Shown here in pieces: positions 61,270 through 64,000 of a stretch of DNA of 64,000 nt. Numbering within the stretch: the first letter of the stretch is position 1; every line of letters starts with the position of its first letter. The position numbers were made by a program, and so were the translations under genes. This DNA is from Malacoraja senta (Eukaryota): positions 8,248,001 through 8,312,000 of the forward strand of contig CM075993.1 of NCBI GenBank assembly GCA_038087875.1. Direction: 5' to 3'. The notes under the pieces are model-generated. The model searched no databases, was not told the DNA's origin, and saw only the letters and a list, made by a program, of their open reading frames with translations.

Positions 61270-61585
61270 TGGCACAGCTGGTAAGGGTGCTGCATCACTG
61301 TGCTGGGAGACCCGGGTTCGATCCTGACCTCGGGTACTGTCTGAGTGGAGTCTGCACATTCTCCCAGTGACCGTGTGGGTTTCCTCCAGGTGCTCCGGTT
61401 TCCTCCCACATCCCAAAGACGTGTGAGTTTACAGGTTAATCAGCCGCTGCAAATTGCTCCTATTGTGCAGGGAGTGGATCCGAAAGTGGGAGAAGACAGA
61501 ACTAGTGTGAAAGGGTGATTGATGGTCGGCATGGACTCGGTGGGCCGAAGGGCCTGTTTCCATGCTGTATCTCGAAACTAAAATA
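61270..61585 (+). mobile_element. HE1-like V-SINE
   Basis: Family match. Confidence 0.85.
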
Positions 61586-61934
61586 AGAAATTCTGATGAC
61601 GATTTCTGATCATAACATTTCTTGGTAAAATATGTTCTTATCTTGCCACTGCTTCTATCTTCATTCTTTTGCGAAATGGAATATGAACCAGTGTCTCTCT
61701 CTCTTTCCACTGGTTAGTAAGTGCCCTGTGAGTAAAAATAATTTCACTTTATTTACGTAATCAAACGCCTTCAAACTTCGAACAAGTATAACATCTTCCA
61801 TTTACCTCCTCTGTTATCAGCAGGACAAGGCTAGATTCTTTTGTTTCTCCTGCTGTTGAATCGTGTGGAAATTACTACCAAACCCTTTCATTGTTCTGCA
61901 ATTCCAGCAGTTAAGCATTGTTCTGCACTGCCCA

Positions 61935-62655
61935 TCACTATTTAACTTCAACGGGTCGATGGTTGAAAGGGTCAAGCGCCTCAAATTCCTGGGGGTGCAC
62001 ATCTGTGAAGATCTTTCCTGGTCCGAGAACACTAATGCAATTATCAAGAAAGCTCATCAGCGCCTCTACTTCCTGAGAAGATTACGGAGAGTCGGTTTGT
62101 CAAGGAGGACTCTCTCTAACTTCTACAGGTGCACAGTAGAGAGCATGCTGACTGGTTGCATCGTGGCTTGGTTCGGCAACTTGAGCGCCCTGGAGAGATA
62201 AAGACTACAAAAAGTAGTAAACACTGCCCAGTCCATCATCGGCTCTGACCTCCCTTCCATCGAGGGGATCTATCGCAGTCGCTGCCTCAAAAAGGCTGGC
62301 AGTATCATCAAGGACCCACACCATCCTGGCCACACACTCATCTCCCTGCTACCTTCAGGTAGAAGGTACAGGAGCCTGAAGACTGCAACGACCAGGTTCA
62401 GGAACAGCTACTTCCCCACAGCCATCAGGCTATTAAACCTGGCTCGGACAAAACTCTGATTATTAATAACCCATTATCTGTTATCTGCACTTTATCAGTT
62501 TATTTATTCATGTGTGTATATATTTATATTATGGTATATGGACACATTGATCTGTTTTGTAGTAAATGCCTACTATGTTCTGTGTGCTGAAGCAAAGCAA
62601 GAATTTCATTGTCCTATCAGGGACACATGACAATAAACTCACTTGACTTGACTTC
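61935..62655 (+). mobile_element. Rex1/Babar LINE 3' fragment
   Basis: KFLGVHICEDLSWS..KKAHQRLYFLRRL; caataaa plus (cttga)n tail. Confidence 0.9.
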
Positions 62656-62789
62656 TTGAATCTCGACCGTCTTTCTTGTGAAGTGCTCCCACCGCGCTGT
62701 TGCGGAGGGAGTTCCTGGACCTAAACCCAGCCACGGTGAAGGAATGATAATGTGCAGTGCAATCTTGACATAAAGCATCTCAATATCAA

Positions 62790-62990
62790 TAGACAATAGA
62801 CAATTTGGCCCTTCAAGCCAGCACCGCCATTCAATGTGATCATGGCTGATCATCCCCAATCAGTACCTTGTTCCTGCCTTCTCCCCATATCCCCCTGACT
62901 CCGCTATCTTTAGGAGCCCTATCTAGCTCTCTCTTGAAAGTATCCAGAGAACCGGCCTCCACCGCCCTCTGAGGCAGAGAATTCCACAGA
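62790..62990 (-). mobile_element. CR1 3' tail
   Basis: LWNSLPQRAVEAGSLDTFKRELD. Confidence 0.8.
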
Positions 62991-63619
62991 TGGGATTGTG
63001 GTTGTGGTTTTGGGTTCACCTTGTCTAGTTTCATATCCCGCTGAGTGCGATATCATTGGGTGCTACAAGAGCACTTCATATTCACCCCACCTCTGGAACT
63101 GAGCTCTTTGCACCATATTTGGACCAAGACTGTGATGAGATCTGAAGCGGTGTGAACCTGATGCAGAGCTCACTTGAGCCACAATCAGCAGGTATCATTG
63201 TTGATGATTGGGCTGTCATTACTATATAGGATCAATCCTGCATTTCCCAAAAAGGAAATGTTTTCCTGAGCCTTCCCGGGCAGTCTAGGACTACATTCCT
63301 AGCCGATAACTAGCTCCTTCGTCTTGCTAACATTGAGGGAAAAGGGACTGTGTGATGAGACGGAGATCAAGGGAGATGGAATGCCGCTGACTGAGGGGAT
63401 AGAAACATAGAAAATAGGTGCAGGAGTAGGCCATTCGGCCCTTCGTGCCTGTACTGCCATTCAATATGATCATGGCTGATCATCCATGGCTGATGGTGCA
63501 GGCTTGTTAATCATAACTAATCTAGTTGAAGGAGATGGAAATGGAAAGGATCTAATTAAACACGGGAGAGGATTAAAAAGGAAAATGGAGAAAACATGCT
63601 GGAATTGTCAGTGGCCTCT

Positions 63620-64000
63620 ATTCCTTGGAGTGCAGGAGGATGAGGGGTGATCCCATAGAGGTGTATAAGATCATGAGACAAATAAATCAGGTGGATGCAC
63701 AGTCCCTTTTCCAGGGTAGGGGATTGAGAACCAGAGGGCATAGATTTAAGGTGAGGGGGGAAAGATCTAATAGGAACCTGAGGGATAACCTTTTCACGCA
63801 AAGGGTGGTTGGTATATGGAATGAGCTGCCGGAGGAGGTAGTTGAGGCAGGGACTATTGCAACGTTTAAGAAACAGACAGACAGGTACATGGATAGGACA
63901 GGTTTAGAGGTATATGGGCCAAATGCAGGCTAGTGGGACTGGTGTAGATGGGACATGTTGGCCGAAAGGCCTATTTCCTTGCTGTAAGATTCTATGACTA
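63620..64000 (+). mobile_element. CR1/HER1 3' end
   Basis: RRMRGD.IEVYKIM..RTRGHRFKV..FTQRVVGIWNELP. Confidence 0.9.

Noticed and set aside
1..64000. CRISPR array or prokaryotic system
   Set aside because: Repeats are dispersed vertebrate TEs with no regular repeat-spacer period; no operons or cas-like ORFs

Overview
This is a 64-kb eukaryotic, repeat-saturated, intronic or intergenic window. The repeat families (HE1-type V-SINEs, HER1/CR1 LINEs, SacSINE1-like Deu-SINE relics) point to a cartilaginous fish, probably a skate or ray; this is an inference. I could not identify any host protein-coding gene, and nearly all ORFs in the track are TE-derived or spurious. Mobile content: a full-length but decayed CsRn1-clade Gypsy LTR element (23888-28354), two Tc1 DD34E IR/DR copies, CR1, Rex1/Babar, Tx1, RTE, Hero (RLE) and Penelope-like (PLE) fragments, a hAT-like MITE and about 20 V-SINEs. 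The most notable signal is RNA-structural. Short (about 135-165 nt) Vingi-tailed retro-insertions begin with a minimal HDV-like ribozyme. In two copies the 5' boundary set by the target-site duplication (TSD) is exactly the predicted cleavage site, and a third family carries a core nearly identical to my recollection of the mammalian CPEB3 ribozyme. The PLE-derived short units also carry minimal hammerhead motifs. Repeat coordinates are approximate unless TSD- or TIR-defined.
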